Source of the DNA: Malacoraja senta
Lineage: Eukaryota
NCBI GenBank assembly: GCA_038087875.1
Contig: JAXLNO010000298.1
Span: forward strand, 1-64,000
Length of the DNA: 64,000 bases
Reading direction: 5' to 3'
Numbering within the stretch: position 1 is the first letter of the stretch; each line of letters begins with the position of its first letter. Below are positions 1-13,231 of this stretch, piece by piece. A program made the translations under genes and the position numbers. The notes under the pieces were generated by a model. That model did no database searches. It was not told the DNA's origin and saw only the letters and a list, made by a program, of their open reading frames with translations.

Positions 1-258
1 CTTTTCAGTTTTTCCAGTCTGATGTAGCAGAAATCCACCAGTTGAGTCATTTCTGTGCCTTTGTAGTGCCTTTCCTATGACCCTGGAATCCTTCCTAAAT
101 TGTGGTTACTAGATTTGGACACGTGCTCTAGTTGTGGCCTAACCAGTTTTACGAGGTTTAATGCAACCTTTCTGCTTTTGTACAACAGACCTAAAAGCAT
201 ATGTGCATTACCACTTTCTTAAAATGTCCTGTCACTGTTACGTGTATGCATTTATATG

Positions 259-526
259 GAGCGGCTACAGACCCGAGTTTGATCCTGACTATGGGTGCCT
301 GTCTGGACGGAATTTGTTCCTTCTCCCCGTGACCTGCGTGGGTTTTCTCTGGGTGCTCTGGTTTCCTCCCACACTCCAAAAACGTACAGGGTTGTAGGTT
401 AATTAGCTTGATATAATTGTCAAATTGTCCCTAGTGTATGTAGGATAGTGTTAAGGTGTGGGGATTGCTGGTCAGCGCGGACCCGATGGGCCTGTTTCCG
501 CGCTGTATCTCTAAACTAAACTAAAT
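259..526 (+). mobile_element. HE1-like tRNA-derived V-SINE (5'-degenerate)
   Basis: V-domain ...TTCTCCCCGTGACCTGCGTGGGTTTTCTCTGGGTGCTCTGGTTTCCTCCCAC... and 3' tail GGGCCTGTTTCCGCGCTGTATCTCTAAACTAAACTAAA, shared with about 20 copies in the window. Confidence 0.8.
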
Positions 527-1308
527 ATCCCTTTAGAGCGGTGTTACTTTGTGTTGTTTCTTATTCTATTGCCTGCCAAAATCTATTGGGTTGCAATTCT
601 CTCTTAAATTTAGCCTACCATGTGTGGCCATTCGGCCCTCTGAATTCTATTACTGTCATCCTCATTACCTACAAGTTCAAGTATCCTTTATTGTCATTCA
701 GACTTTTCAGTCTGAACGAAATTTCGTGCCATGCTCTCCCTATGAACCTCATTCTCCTGCCTTCTCCCCATAACCCCTGACACCCGTACTGATCAAGATA
801 GGACAGGTTTGGAGGGATATGAGCCAAATGCAGGTAGGTGGATCGAGTGTAGGTGGGACATGTTGGACAGTGTGCGCAAGTTGGGCCAAAGGGCCTGTTT
901 CCACGCTGTAAGACTCTATGACTAAGTGGGGATGGGAAAGACAATAATGAAAACGAGGATGAGAATTTTAATTTAGGATGGTACATTTTTCAGGGAAAAG
1001 GAGCACATTTGTTTGCACAACAATAAATAGGTTATTTTGACTTTTTTTTTAAAGAATCAGTACTGGTGATTGGTGTACTAGTGTGCAGAGAAGGAAGGCA
1101 GCTAGTTTTAAACTGGTGCGGCAGATGACTATTGAGATGCAGGATGACTTTGTAACTGACTACTACAAGAATGGTAATCAACATGTCATTGTTACATGGT
1201 TATCAGTACATATTAAAATGATCTTTGGGATTAGTTAATCATTTGTTGTTTTATTGCATTCAGAATGTTTTGCACATCCTTTTATCAACACGGCAGTGGA
1301 TCGCGAAA

Positions 1309-1500
1309 GGACACAAAGTGCTGGAGTAACTCAGCAGATCTGGCAGCATCTCGGGTGAACATGGATTGGTGACATTTTGGGCTGGGACCCTTGTTCAGAC
1401 CGAAACGTCATGTATCCATGTTCCTTCAGAAATGCTGATTGGCCTTTTGAGTCACGCCAGCACTTTGTGTCCTTTTGTGTATTAATCAGCATCGGTAGTT
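1309..1500. mobile_element. Penelope-derived inverted-repeat (fold-back) unit
   Basis: GGACACAAAGTGCTGGAGTAACTCAGC... followed by its reverse complement ...CCAGCACTTTGTGTCC; same terminal module as the Penelope remnant at 41583-42875. Confidence 0.65.
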
Positions 1501-3509
1501 CTTGAGGATCTTTGTTGTGCAGAGCTCTGTACGTGCATCATCCATTGAGCTCCATACTTGACAGCTTGTAGGAGCAGAATTAGGCCATTCGGCCCATCAA
1601 ATCTACTCCTCCGTTCAGTCATGGCTGTTCTATCGTTCCCTCTCAACCCCATTCTCCTGCCTTCTCCCCATAACCCCTGACACCCATACTAAATATAATG
1701 TGGTTCTCCACAGAAAAATCGGCGCCCCTCTGACCTAGATCATGTGGAAACAATGATCCTTCATACTTTCCATGTCTATCTTTGTAAACTTTAAACCTCG
1801 ATGTAGAGTTCCTATTTGGTTGAAGTGAGTAAATTGGACACTCAAAAAAATTGTTTTGCAAACTTAATTCACTCTCCAATTTCCACGCAATCTCCATATG
1901 ATAAATTGTGTGGTTGAGTGGTACATATTGTGAATTTGTGTGGTTGAATGGGACTTTAGAACACCCATTTCGCATTTAAGTATTTTCAATATATTTCCAT
2001 AACACTGATTTACTTTTATGTAGTGAGATAACATCCTAGGATGCACAGGAGGAGTGTAATCAGGTTTCAATGGTGGCTAGAAGCTTGGTTAAATGAAGAA
2101 GACCTTGGGCCTCCTTTGGAAAGTGAGAATTGGGAATAGGCTGGGGTAATTGTAAAGGATTTCCTATGGATAGGATATTAATCACACAAGGTGTAAATTG
2201 GTCGTGGCGCAGGTGTTGGGAGATGGGCGCGCACAATGTCAAGACTTGGAAGAATATTTCTTTAAAATTGGCGAGGAGGGCATGGCTATGAAGTTGATAA
2301 TCAAAGACAATTAACTGAAACTGGAGTAGGTATGCAAAGCACAAATAGAATGACACAATCTCTTCCCCATTAGCAATACACATGATTCTGCCAGTACTTG
2401 AAATAGCACAAAGGTCTTTTTGCACGATGTTGAAAGAACTATGCTGGGTATTGAATGGCGGAACAGTAAAAGCAATTTTGAGGTTACGAGAGGTAGTAGC
2501 TATCCTGGTATGTGATTCAGCATTGTTAACTTCAATGGAGAAGGAATCTCATCTGGGAGATGAGCTGAGGTGGTTGAGCTTAGTATTACACTGGAGATAA
2601 GAGTTCGGGCTGTATATGAGAACACCAGCATTGAAATTGTATAAACAGACAGACACCTGTGGTGCCTGGCACTGTGGCAATCTGCTCTGTGTTTTATTAA
2701 TAAAACAAAGAATAAATTCTTCCCAAAAATATCTCTTCACCACCTGTGTGCGACTGAATTTAAATCATTAAAAAAGCTATGCAGCGCCAAACCTGTCAAG
2801 GGAGTTTGTTTGATCTGGGTGTGATGGGTCATATTTCATACTTGTCTCCCCCCCCCCCCCCCCCCCTGTCTGTTTTTATTGAAAATGAGTTAACAAGTAG
2901 TCAATGGTTTTCTGTACTTGAAGTACATAATTAATCAAAAATGCGGAGCCATGATATTCTATATTAGAACATCAGAAATATTAACACGAGTAGATAATTT
3001 CCCCCCCATTTGGTTATTTTTGCCATTAAAATAAGATCATGGCTCCTGCTTAAACTCACCATCACTTTCCTGCACTAACCCTGTACCTTTGATTTGTGAT
3101 CCCTCTGACTGCTAATGTATTTCAATGTTGCCACCATTTTAAAAAAAAACGGCTTTTTTAATAGTCTCCAACCACATTAGATGGTCTTGTATTTTTACAT
3201 ATTCAATTTGCCTTGTTCGTATCCCTTAACTTAATCTCTATTCCCCATTAAATTTTGTTGTATTCTCCTCCCAACCTAAACTGTCGCTTAGCTTTGTATC
3301 ATCATCAAACGTGGATGTATTATGTTCAATCCCCGACGCAAATCAGTCATGTTGTTATGACTATTTCTCTCTTCTCCCCCCGGTACTGATCCGTGGGGGT
3401 GGCGGGGGGTGTTGGACTCCCACTACCAATTCAAAATTGCCTTGCTCTTTCCAATTGTTTTCTCTTCATTAGCCAGTCCTCAATTCTCTGGTTACTCTGT
3501 CCCCAATTA

Positions 3510-3855
3510 CTGGTAGCGCAGCGGTAGAGTTGCTGCCTTACAGTGCCAGAGACCCTGGTTCGATCCCGACTACGGGTCCTGTCTCTACGGAGTTCGTATG
3601 TTCCCCCCATGACTGTATGGGTTTTTTTTTTTGAGTGCTCCAGTTTCCTACCACACTCCAAAGACATACAGGTTTACAGGTTAATTGGCTTTGGTAAAAT
3701 TGTCATAAGGTCATAAGCGACAGGAGCAGAATTAGGCCACTTGTAAATTGTTCCCAGTGTGTGTTAGTGTACGGGGTGGGCGTTGGTCGGCACGCACTCA
3801 GTGGGCCAAAGGGCCTGTTTCCGTGCTGTATCTCTAAACTAACCTAAACTAAAAC
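3510..3855 (+). mobile_element. HE1-like V-SINE
   Basis: A box TAGCGCAGCGG, B box GGTTCGATCCC, V domain, CTAAAC tail; short CR1-tail fragment inserted near 3703-3740. Confidence 0.85.
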
Positions 3856-4814
3856 TGCAATTCCATGTGCTCTTGTTCAGAGCTATGAAAGTTTAAATGC
3901 ACCGTATTTGTTGGTTCTCCCATGTCTCCATGTCTGTACTGTTAACAATAACTTGAAAGAACAATGGATTTGTCAAACATGAATACACTAGCATGATTCC
4001 CTGTTGACTGTCCAATTTTGTAATTATTTTCAGTGGTCTGTTATCACTATTATAACAAATCCATACATTTTCCCGACTATCAGGCTAACTGATTTGTATG
4101 CATCTCATTTTCTCTCTCCAATCCTTTCTTACATAGTATGTTGACATTTATTTATTTGTGACATGCTACATAGTCTAATGCTATGTGTGATTCAACATAA
4201 AATAGATATTTCCTGCAGAGTTATATCATCAAGAGTACTCTGTCCCGCTAAGTTACTCCAGCTTTTTGCGTCTATCTTCTGCTTAACCAAGCTAGTCCCA
4301 ATTGCCTGAACCTGGCCCAGAACTCTGCACAACATTTCCTGTTCATACACCTGTCCAATTGTCCAATTTAATGTAATTAAACCCACTCCTACTACATCCG
4401 CTGGCAATTTGTTCCACATACGCACCACATTCTGTGTTTTTAAAAAGTTGCCTTTCTGGTACTAAATCTTGTCCTCTCACCTTAGACACATGCCTGGTAG
4501 TTTTGGACTCCCCTGTGCTGGGGAAAAGACTCTGGCTCTTCTCCTTATCTATGCCCCAGATCAAAAACACTTTTGTTTTCACTTTATCTGAGTTGTGCTG
4601 CTTTCTCCACAACTGCAAACCACAAAATGAGGTTAGAATTTATACTCTGGGTTTGTGTTTCCCAGGTGCGTCGTTCCTATGCACTTCCGTTGATGCTCAG
4701 TTACTTTTGATGACCATGACCAATTACTTTTATGTTTTAGCAGTTCTTTGTGTGAGCTTGGGAAAGGAGGAATACATCAAATATTCCATTGTGAGGGGAC
4801 ATCAGAGCTGAAAA

Positions 4815-5008
4815 CAAACTGCTGGAGTAACCCAGTGGGACAGGCAGCATCTCTGGGGAGAAGGAGCGGGTGACATTTCGGGTTGAGCCCCTTCAGACAC
4901 AAACGTTACCCATTCCTTCACTCCAGAGATGCTGCCTGGCCCGCTGAGTTCCTCCAGCATTTTGTGTCTATCTTCGTTTAACCAGCATCTGCAGCTCCTT
5001 CCTCCACA
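4815..5008. mobile_element. Penelope-derived inverted-repeat unit
   Basis: Arms TGCTGGAGTAACCCAG...GCAGCATCTCTGG and CCAGAGATGCTGCC...CTCCAGCA are reverse complements. Confidence 0.65.
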
Positions 5009-6231
5009 GAACTGAAAACAATCCTATCTTTGCGTAATGTCCTTGTACAATATGTATAATCATTGGTCACAACAATAATAAATGAGGCTTGAGCTGATTT
5101 TTATCTGTCAGTTGCTGTGTCCAATTTAAAAGCCTTGGTGTGTTTGTTCCACCTGCATTGTTGAATATAATTGAATACTGGTTCTGCTCAGACTTTGATT
5201 CAAAGCTTGCAAAACCTTCCTCTTGTCATCGGTTTTCGACCAGGTATTATACTTAACCTTTGAGTCAACGTGGAGATGCACTGTTAATGAATTTTCTTTT
5301 TATTTTGATGAATACCGATAATTACAAAAAAAATCTTTTTATCTGGGTTGAGGAATAGTTTGTTGCAGTAAATATTAGTGGCATAATACTAGTCCTGCTT
5401 TGTGGCATAATTGTGTCCATCAAGTGCAAAAGAGATTTAATCTACCCATCAGTCTGAAGAATACATTCCTTCTATCCAGAGATGCTGCCTGTCCCGCTGA
5501 GTTATTCCAGCATTTTGTGTTTATCTGCGGTTTAAACCTGCATCTGCAGTTCCCTCCTACACAACAGTCAACTTGTTTTCAAATTCTTTTGTAATGTGTG
5601 ACTGGACTGAAAAGATGTCTTGACATTGGAGACATTTTTGCGCTGAGTAATGTGCAGTGACTTCAATGAGGTTTGCTAGTGATGCTTTGAATGCAGCAGC
5701 AAAATTCTAATCGTAGGCATGTTGCTCACTGAATTATAAGGAGCATTTTGGGTTATCTATAGGCATTGCAACATTACTGCTGCATGGTCAAAGTGACAGC
5801 AGTGCTGCAGTGACTGCGGACCACGTTATAAATAAATAAGCACTTACCTCCTGTTTCTAAAAGGTCCAATGAATAAGTTGTGGTAGGCAAAAACCTCTGA
5901 CTTTAAGCATATTAATTCATTAAAGAGGGGCAGTTGATTCTCGAAAGTCAAAGATGTTTTGCTTGAGCATTAGTGTTATGCAGCAGATTCACTGTCCCAT
6001 TATCCCTAAACCAGGATACAGAGTACCTGAGTCCAAAGAAGGGTCTCAATCCAAAACGTCTCCCATTCCTTCTCTCCGGAAATGCTGTCTGTCCCGCTGA
6101 GTTACTCCAGAATTTTCTGTCATAACAGGTTAAATGTGCCTCATGAAAAGAACACATAAAAGCAATTTGGATTTAATTGCAAAAGTTATCAAAGTAGACA
6201 AGAAGGAAAACATTTTTTTGATCCTTTAATT

Positions 6232-6505
6232 TTTTTAGTTTAGAGATACAGCGTGGAAGCAGGCCCTTCAACCCACTGAGCCCATGCCAGCCATCGATCA
6301 CCCGTTCTGTCCTACACACTAGGGACAATTTACAGAAGCCACTTAACCTACAAACCTGTGGAATGTGTGAGGAAACCGGGGCACCCGAAGGAAACCCATG
6401 CATGTCACAGGCAAAACATAACAAACTCTGTACAGACAGAACCATAGTCAGGATCGATCCGGGTCTCTGGCACTGTAAGACAGCAACTCTACCAATGCAC
6501 ACTGT
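6232..6505 (-). mobile_element. HE1-like V-SINE
   Basis: Reverse complement of the SINE consensus, from TTTAGTTTAGAGATACAGC to GATCGATCCGGGTCTCTGGCACTGTAAG. Confidence 0.8.
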
Positions 6506-7017
6506 GCTGCTTTTATGTCATTCTGAAACCTGGGTGTCGAGTCAATTATGAATCTTATTATTGAGCATTTCATTAAATTTGTAGCTCCTAATACCTGCTT
6601 ACAACTGTGCCCTGTAACTCTGATGGGTGATATTGTGCAAGGAAACCAGTTCCATGGCAGTTTACATAGAACAATATAGCGCATGAAGAGGCCCTTCGGC
6701 CCACAATGTCCGTGTCGAGCATGATGCCAAGTTAAACTCCTTGTGTGTATTCCTTTTAAGCATCCATGTATCGTGTTATAATCAACATTAGACTTTGTAT
6801 AATTCGGTATGCTAGTTGATGTTGAACGACCCCCTTCAGAGTTTCCGCACCAAGCATTTTACAGAGTCGGACAGCAATGAGCTCTTCAGCCCATTGAGTT
6901 CACACAGGTCATCATCATCATTGGGAAATGGAAATCCTGCGGTTTTAAGCATGAAAATCATCCCTGGTCTAGTATATTGTATCAAACACAGATTGAAGCA
7001 TGCTGCAACCACAGTAT

Positions 7018-7360
7018 TTTTAGAGATACAGCCCTTTGGCCCACCTTGTCTGGAACGACCAGCGATATCCAAACATTAACATTATCCTACACACACTAGG
7101 GACAATTTACACTTAACCTATAAATGTATGTCTGTGGAGTATGGGAGGAAATCAAAGATCTTGGAGAAAACCCACACGGTGAGTTTTCTCTGGTACCCCG
7201 GCTTCCGCCCACACTCCAAAGACATACAGCTTTGTAGGTTAATTGGCTTTGGTAGAATTTTAAACTATTCCTTCTGTGTGTAGGATATTGTTAGTGTGCT
7301 GGTCGGTGCGGACTTGAAGGGCCAAAGGGCTTGTCTCCGCACTGTATCCCTAAACTAAAT
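7018..7360. mobile_element. Two inverted HE1-like V-SINE 3' halves
   Basis: Minus-strand 3' half (7018-7180) joined to a plus-strand 3' half (7180-7360) at the V domain. Confidence 0.7.
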
Positions 7361-7711
7361 CAGAAAAAACATACCATTCATACTTACAGTTCCAAATTGC
7401 AGTCGTGGCCCTATGTTTCTGATAGTGAAGTTCCTCGATTTCCAAAAGTTTTCAACAAGCAGCCTGTTCTGTCATAAGGCTGGGAGTTTGTCTATGAGGT
7501 CTGGTCAGGATGACAGGATGGGACTGAAGATGGATGAGCATCTGAAATGGAGACTTCTATAGTTTGATTTACTGTGTAAAACCTAATGCCTCTGGCTACT
7601 TCAGACAGTGCTGGCTCTTTGAAACACTGCTATATTACATTTGACGGCCGTATTGAGATTTAAGTTGTACTTCAGTTTATTTTCATAATGGATCAAGAAA
7701 TAGTTAGTTGC

Positions 7712-7900
7712 ATAGGAAAGAACTGCAGATGCTGGTTTAAATCAAAGATATAAATGCCGGAGTAACTCGGGCAACATCTCTGGAGAGAAGGAATGAGTGA
7801 CGTTTCGGGTCAAGACCTTTCTTCAGACTGATGTCACCCATTCCTTCTCTCCAGTGATGATGTCTGTCCCGCTGAGTTACTCCAGCATTTTGTGTCTATC
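7712..7900. mobile_element. Penelope-derived inverted-repeat unit
   Basis: GGAGTAACTC...TCTGGAGAGAAGGAATGAGTGACGTTTCGGGTCAAGACCTTTCTTCAGACTGATGTCACCCATTCCTTCTCTCCAG...GAGTTACTCC forms a hairpin. Confidence 0.7.
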
Positions 7901-8289
7901 AAATAAATAGTTGCACACGGTGGGCGGGGAAAGTTTCAAGAAATTAGCTTTGGTGGATTGGATTAAAACATGTAATCCAGTTACAAAAAGAAAATATCCT
8001 GGAAACATTTATCAGGCAGCACCCTTGGAAAGAGTAACAGTTATTGGCTTATTGGCTGAGTGTTCCCAGCAATTTATATTTTTATATCAGATTTCCAGCA
8101 ACTGCAGATTATTAAATTTTTATGTGATCCTTTCCTCTGATTTAATTTCTTGCAAGTCTGGATTTCTCCAACATTACCTTTGACATGCATTTATTTTTGT
8201 TTACATGGAAGTGGATTTACATATTTAAAATGTATTGGTGCTGCCTGCAGCAATGTTTTCTTTCCATTATTTTTGTAGTAGATTTCAGG

Positions 8290-8590
8290 AACGGTGGTGC
8301 AGCGGTAGAGTTGCTGCCTTACAGCACCAGAGACCCGGGTTCAATCCTGACTACGGGTGCTGTCTGTATGGAGTTTGTACATTCTCCCCGTGACCGAGAT
8401 AGTTTTCTCCGGGTGCTCTGGTTTCCTCCCACACTCCAAAGACGTGCAGGCTTGTAGGTTAATTGGCTGTGGTTAAATTTTTTTTTTAAAGGGCGAATTA
8501 TCCCTAGTGTATGGGATAGCACGTGTGATCGCTAGTCGGCGTGGACTCGGTGGGCTGCGGGGCCTGTTTCTGCGCTGTATCTCTATAAAA
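8290..8590 (+). mobile_element. HE1-like V-SINE ending about 55 bp upstream of the TGIF1 last-exon acceptor
   Basis: tRNA head (GGTGCAGCGG, GGTTCAATCC), V domain and CTGTATCTCTA tail. Confidence 0.85.
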
Positions 8591-8643
8591 TCTACAGTTA
8601 AGATATACACAACCTGATTATCCTCTTGCCTACTGCCTTCCAG

Positions 8644-9213
8644 GTCTGTAACTGGTTCATTAACGCACGCCGCAGACTGCTACCAGACATGCTGAGGAAG
8701 GACGGCCAAGACCCCAATAACTTCACCATCTCGCGTCGTGGGAGTAAGAGCATGGAGCACACCCCCGTTCAAACATCATCGGCGTCCAGCGGCTTTGTCC
8801 CGGACCTCGACGAGAGATCATTCGGCTCCACCAGCTCCTGCCCCGACAGTGGGGAGACATCTCCGCGTAGCACCTCTTCTGGGGGTGCCCCCGTGCCGAG
8901 ACCTTCAGTCATATGCCACACTACAGTCTCGACGCCGAACGACGTGCCTTTACACTACTGCCCACCGACCAGCCTAGAGGGAATGTCTAAAATGGATCTT
9001 TTGTCAAGTGCGGGCCTGATGAATCTCACTCCTGGATGCTCCAAAGATGCTGTCCAAATGGGCTCCCATCCACCCCACCAGAGTGGACTATTTAACACTC
9101 CTCCGCCCACTCCTCCCGATCTCAACCAAGATTTCAGTGGGTTTCAGCTGCTGGTGGATGTTGCGTTGAAGCGAGCTGCGGAAATGGAATCGCAGTCCAA
9201 GCCCGTGGCTTAG
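8644..9213 (+). CDS. TGIF1: TGFB-induced factor homeobox 1, last coding exon (homeodomain helix 3 to C-terminus)
   Basis: Polypyrimidine tract and CAG acceptor at 8641-8643. Translation [21 protein letters not shown] (TALE homeodomain helix 3), [46 protein letters not shown] (MAPK-site/SIN3-interaction C-terminus typical of TGIF1); TAG at 9211-9213; convergent with DLGAP1 as in mammals. Confidence 0.97.
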   Translation, partial: VCNWFINARRRLLPDMLRKDGQDPNNFTISRRGSKSMEHTPVQTSSASSGFVPDLDERSFGSTSSCPDSGETSPRSTSSGGAPVPRPSVICHTTVSTPNDVPLHYCPPTSLEGMSKMDLLSSAGLMNLTPGCSKDAVQMGSHPPHQSGLFNTPPPTPPDLNQDFSGFQLLVDVALKRAAEMESQSKPVA

Positions 9214-9333
9214 ACCCTACCCCTGCTAGCTGTCAAACTGACCTGAGGGAAGAACACTACAGGAAAAGCTTGTTCCATTTGGGGCAGAGAAAAAAAACAA
9301 AACAGATGCTTTAAGCAGCATGATGCCTTCTTA

Positions 9334-9519
9334 TTTGCACAAGGGAATCCCAAAACTTGGTTTCCTATCACAGAATTGTCTTAACAAAAAAATTGCTCAC
9401 ATGGAGACTGTTGAACTCATGACTACTATAGTTAGATGAATCTTTTTGTTTTTTGTAGTTGTTGATAATGTGAGAATTTCCCATGATTATGTGATTCTTT
9501 CCTTTCAGTCTGTGCAATA
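9334..9519 (+). promoter_or_regulatory. Cluster of miRNA seed matches in the proximal TGIF1 3' UTR (miR-19, miR-23, miR-25/32/92)
   Basis: TTTGCACA 9334-9341 (miR-19 8mer), AATGTGA 9467-9473 (miR-23 7mer-m8), GTGCAATA 9512-9519 (miR-92 family 8mer). Confidence 0.5.
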
Positions 9520-12287
9520 TTTAGATATACAGAGCCTCCTTATCACTCTTTATCATTCCTGCATGGAAATATGCGGCTCGTGCATTGTTTAGAACAACAG
9601 TTTTTTTTATATATATATAATTATGTATTGTCACTGGGGCTTGTTTCTAAATTGAGTTTTCCTTATTTCATTCAGTCTTTATTTCAGTGTAAGGCAATCG
9701 ACCAAGGACCCGGGGGGCTGAAAGTTTTCGGTCTGCAGTAACTCCTTATGTGCAGTAGACTTTGCTGGGCTTTCAGGTTCCACATGCAGTAGCCACAGTA
9801 GAACCTGCAAGCAAGCAAGCATTCCTGTCTCCTCCCAACTCTGTGACTCCCGCTCTTTGGCGTGAAGCCATCTGAACCCAGTCATGCTTCCCCCAAACTG
9901 TAAGGCTGCATCAGCACAAGAAATGATGACCAATAGCGAGGGTGAGAGCAGAGCCAGCCCTGAATGTTTGGCTCTGATCACTGATATTTTGTATTTTATG
10001 GCTGGGCTGGCATAAATCTCAATTTAGCACAAAAGTCTTGAATGTACATCCGCTGCCTCCTTGATACATATGGTTTTGGCTGAGCTTGTGCATTTACTGG
10101 CACTCTATCAGAAGTCTAGGTCATTCCTCCATTAGTGGTGCAGTTGCTGGCTTGTTGCCTTTAAAACTGGTGTGAGGTCTGGGTAAGATAATGACGGAAG
10201 GTGTGTGTTGTCAGTTTGCCACCTTCCATTGCCATTGTCTTGCCGATATTTGAATGGAGGTCTGTCACGTTTGAAAGCCGTCGACGATGGCCGTGCCGCT
10301 GTGCTTTCTAAATTTTCTAGCTTGTAACTCACGAAGTTGAGACCAACTTTTAAGTAAAGGACTAGAACCGCTGTTACATAATGAACGGAGCTTCCAAAAG
10401 GCTTTTTCCTAAACTCCTGCGCTGTTTACACCATTCATGGGAGGGAAGTGCTCAGGTGGTATTTGCTCGAGTTAGGTGGGAGCACAGGTGAAGCTGTGTG
10501 GAACATCAGGAAAAGGTTTAAATGTATCACAAGGAAGCTTTGACACTAGTGAGTATATAATTGTAGCCACCCACCCAGTGCCGGTTTTGGTTCCTGTCAA
10601 CCTGACAATGCACCTTATCCCAAACACCAGGCCCTGTTGTATACACATCCCTATTCTCTTTTTGCGGTACTACTAGATTCCTCAACATGAAGCTCTGCTG
10701 ATAATATCACTAAATTTAAGGGGGGGGAAAAATTACTAAACTTAGCTGCTGATCCTGCAGTCATTTGAGAAAAGCCTTTTTTACTTCCGGGCAGAATCCT
10801 GGGAAAAAGTTGGGATAATATACCCTGCACACCATTTATTTAGCGTGAGGATGAGAGTGAAAATAAAATGAGACTTGAAAATTGTCAAGGATTGTATTTC
10901 AACAGCTAGTTTAAAAACAATTCACCGTTGAATCCTGGATGAAGGTATCTGAGCTGTATCTTGTGATTTTCTTTCAGCTGAAGAGAGTTTAAGGCTATTT
11001 AAACTAGTCATTTCCTTCTATATATTCTATCGGGTTTATATACCTTCTATTTCTATTCGCCTTTCTATTTTCCGAGCAGGAAAATGCGTGAATTATGATG
11101 CTTTCAATTTTTGCCATCTCGTACACCTAAGAGCTAGTAAAAATGGTAAGACTAATGTCAACTTTTTTTTCCCCAAGTAGTTCTGTGAATTGGAGAAAGG
11201 GTTATGATTTTTTGCATCGGTCGGCGATTTCTCGTGCGAACTGCGGTTATGTAAATTGACTGCTGTTCTACCTGTGATGCAACTTGATAGCAGATTGTGG
11301 GGATGGGCTACAAGTGTCCTCTGGTTGCCCTGGGCATCCTGTTGTACTTTGGAGAGAGCTCGGTGGTGCCTCTTAGCAGAAAGAGTCGCAATCGAGCTTT
11401 TCATTCCATTTATTTCATTTGCCCATGGGCTGCTGCTGCTGTAATTCACAGCAAGAATCGGGTCCTTCACCCCCCCTCTGACCACTGTAGAGCAGATGAG
11501 TACAGATGTTGGAGTTGTACCCTACCTCTCGAGGATGCATCCTGCAGTTATAGGATTTTGTGAGGTCCTAATTTGGTGGGTCGGATCTTGCCTCCTGATC
11601 AAGTCAAAGATCCAGCAGTAGATTCCGAAACTGACTTTAAAAAAGGAATCTGGTCTCCATATCTGTACCACCTTAAAAATAATTGTGATCGGTATGTTTG
11701 GGATGAAGTCTGGTTCTGTGACCTTTTTCTTTCTCTCTGTATAATTTATTATCAGTGATGTTGAAGTCCTAACGTGCTGTTAATGAATGACTTTTGAAAG
11801 GCAGCTGAATTAACACACTGTTAACGTGGCGGTCTCTGAAGCTGTCCTAATTTGAATTTCATCGCTGGTGTAAGTCATCTCGCATCTTTTTTATAGTTGG
11901 TCAACAATACTGTGTGGAAGTGTATTTCTTGATGAAAATTAATCATAAATCTGTAACTTTTTAAAAAAGAGAAGTAGAGTGTCCTACTTTTAAACTAGAT
12001 GTTATTTTTAATCCTTCGACCTAGAAGGTATTTGTACAGTTTTCATCACTGTGATCATTTTGAAATTGTAAAGAATGAGTATAGACTGTACTATATGAAC
12101 CTGGTCCATTGTGCATTGATGTTTTGCCTTATCGATGAATCGGGATGCAAAGGCCTGTAAAGACTGACTAAAGCTGCAGTATTCCTCTTTGCCTTGCCAC
12201 TGGATTCTGCAGGCAGGGTTCTTCTCACTTCCTAATACAAGGTGGGTGGGGGCATCAGAATGCAGTTTCACATTGTACCCAAGTTTG

Positions 12288-12305
12288 ATTAAAAATAATA
12301 ATAAA
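12288..12305 (+). promoter_or_regulatory. Candidate TGIF1 polyadenylation signals
   Basis: ATTAAA 12288-12293 and AATAAA 12300-12305, followed by a T/GT-rich stretch (TTGGTTTGTTTCTT); alternative AATAAA at 10862-10867. Confidence 0.5.
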
Positions 12306-13231
12306 TTACTTTATTCCTTCCTAATTGGTTTGTTTCTTCTCTATGTGGGAGGACTCTGCCTTTGGGCCAAGCTGAGGAGGAAAGGAGTCTGAACAATAGT
12401 AACAGGGTTAACATAGAAAGATAGAAAATAGGTGCAGGAGTAGGCCATTTGGCCCCTCGAGCCAGCACCGCCATTCAATATGATCATGGCTGTCATCCAA
12501 AATCAGTACCTCATTCTTCCTGTCCCTTGATTCCCTTGCCCCTAAGAACTAAATCTAACTCTCTCTTGAAAACTTGAGTCTAGGAAGGAACTTCAGATGC
12601 TGGTTTGCACCGAAGATATACACAAAATGCTGGAGTAACTCGGCGGGAAGGACAGCATCTCTGGATAGAAGGAATGGGTGACGTTTCGGGTCAAGACCGT
12701 TCTTCAATCTTCAGGGTTGAGGTTGGGTAATGTGGCCCGAATTGGCAAGTGGAGTGCAGTGATCATATGTATGAGGGGTGATCCTACTCTAATAGCATGA
12801 AGTTGTAATGAGTGCGCATTGGAAATGGTCCGGTGAGTTGTGGCCAGCATCACATCTCATCAAACATCCCAATTGGGGGTGGCACTACTGGTAGAGCATC
12901 GACCTTGCCGCATCAGAAATCTAGGTTTGGTCCTGATCTCTGGTGGTGTCTGCTTGGAATAATAAACCACCTGGTTGTGATGATCAGCGAGATAGAGAAA
13001 ACTGATACGGTAAATTAAAAAAAAAAAAAATTAAAGATGACTTGCTCCCTTCTCTGGCTTGCGAACTCTTCATCCCTAATATTAAAGCTTCTGCTAACTC
13101 CACAACTGCAGTCATGCTGATTCACTGAACAGTGCATTGAATCATTAAACGACATCCCATGTCATAAATGAATTTTGGTTGACTCGTGCCATTGTTGACA
13201 AATAATGTACCTGTTGGTCAAATGAATCTTA

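Larger units (their letters stand above)
9214..12320 (+). other. TGIF1: Probable TGIF1 3' UTR (long isoform)
   Basis: About 3.1 kb with none of the otherwise ubiquitous SINE/LINE/Penelope repeats, ending at clustered poly(A) signals; repeats resume at about 12410. Extent is inferred. Confidence 0.55.

Noticed and set aside
2060..2600. 121-aa minus-strand ORF, possibly an ancient L2 RT remnant (RNL.., FDY..ALLA)
   Set aside because: Similarity is too faint to support without an alignment.
6816..7079. Overlapping 87-aa and 78-aa ORFs as an alternative exon or small gene
   Set aside because: No recognisable homology, weak splice signals, and both run into a SINE.
1..8600. Upstream TGIF1 exon (PLDLS motif and homeodomain helices 1-2)
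   Set aside because: No matching translation found by eye or in the ORF track; it presumably lies upstream of the window.
8626..8643. ORF-track start of the TGIF1 ORF (MPTAFQ)
   Set aside because: This is the intronic polypyrimidine tract and CAG acceptor; the exon begins at 8644.
9679..11758. Several 60-130 aa ORFs downstream of TGIF1
   Set aside because: No domain similarity or consistent splice structure; expected by chance within a UTR-like region.
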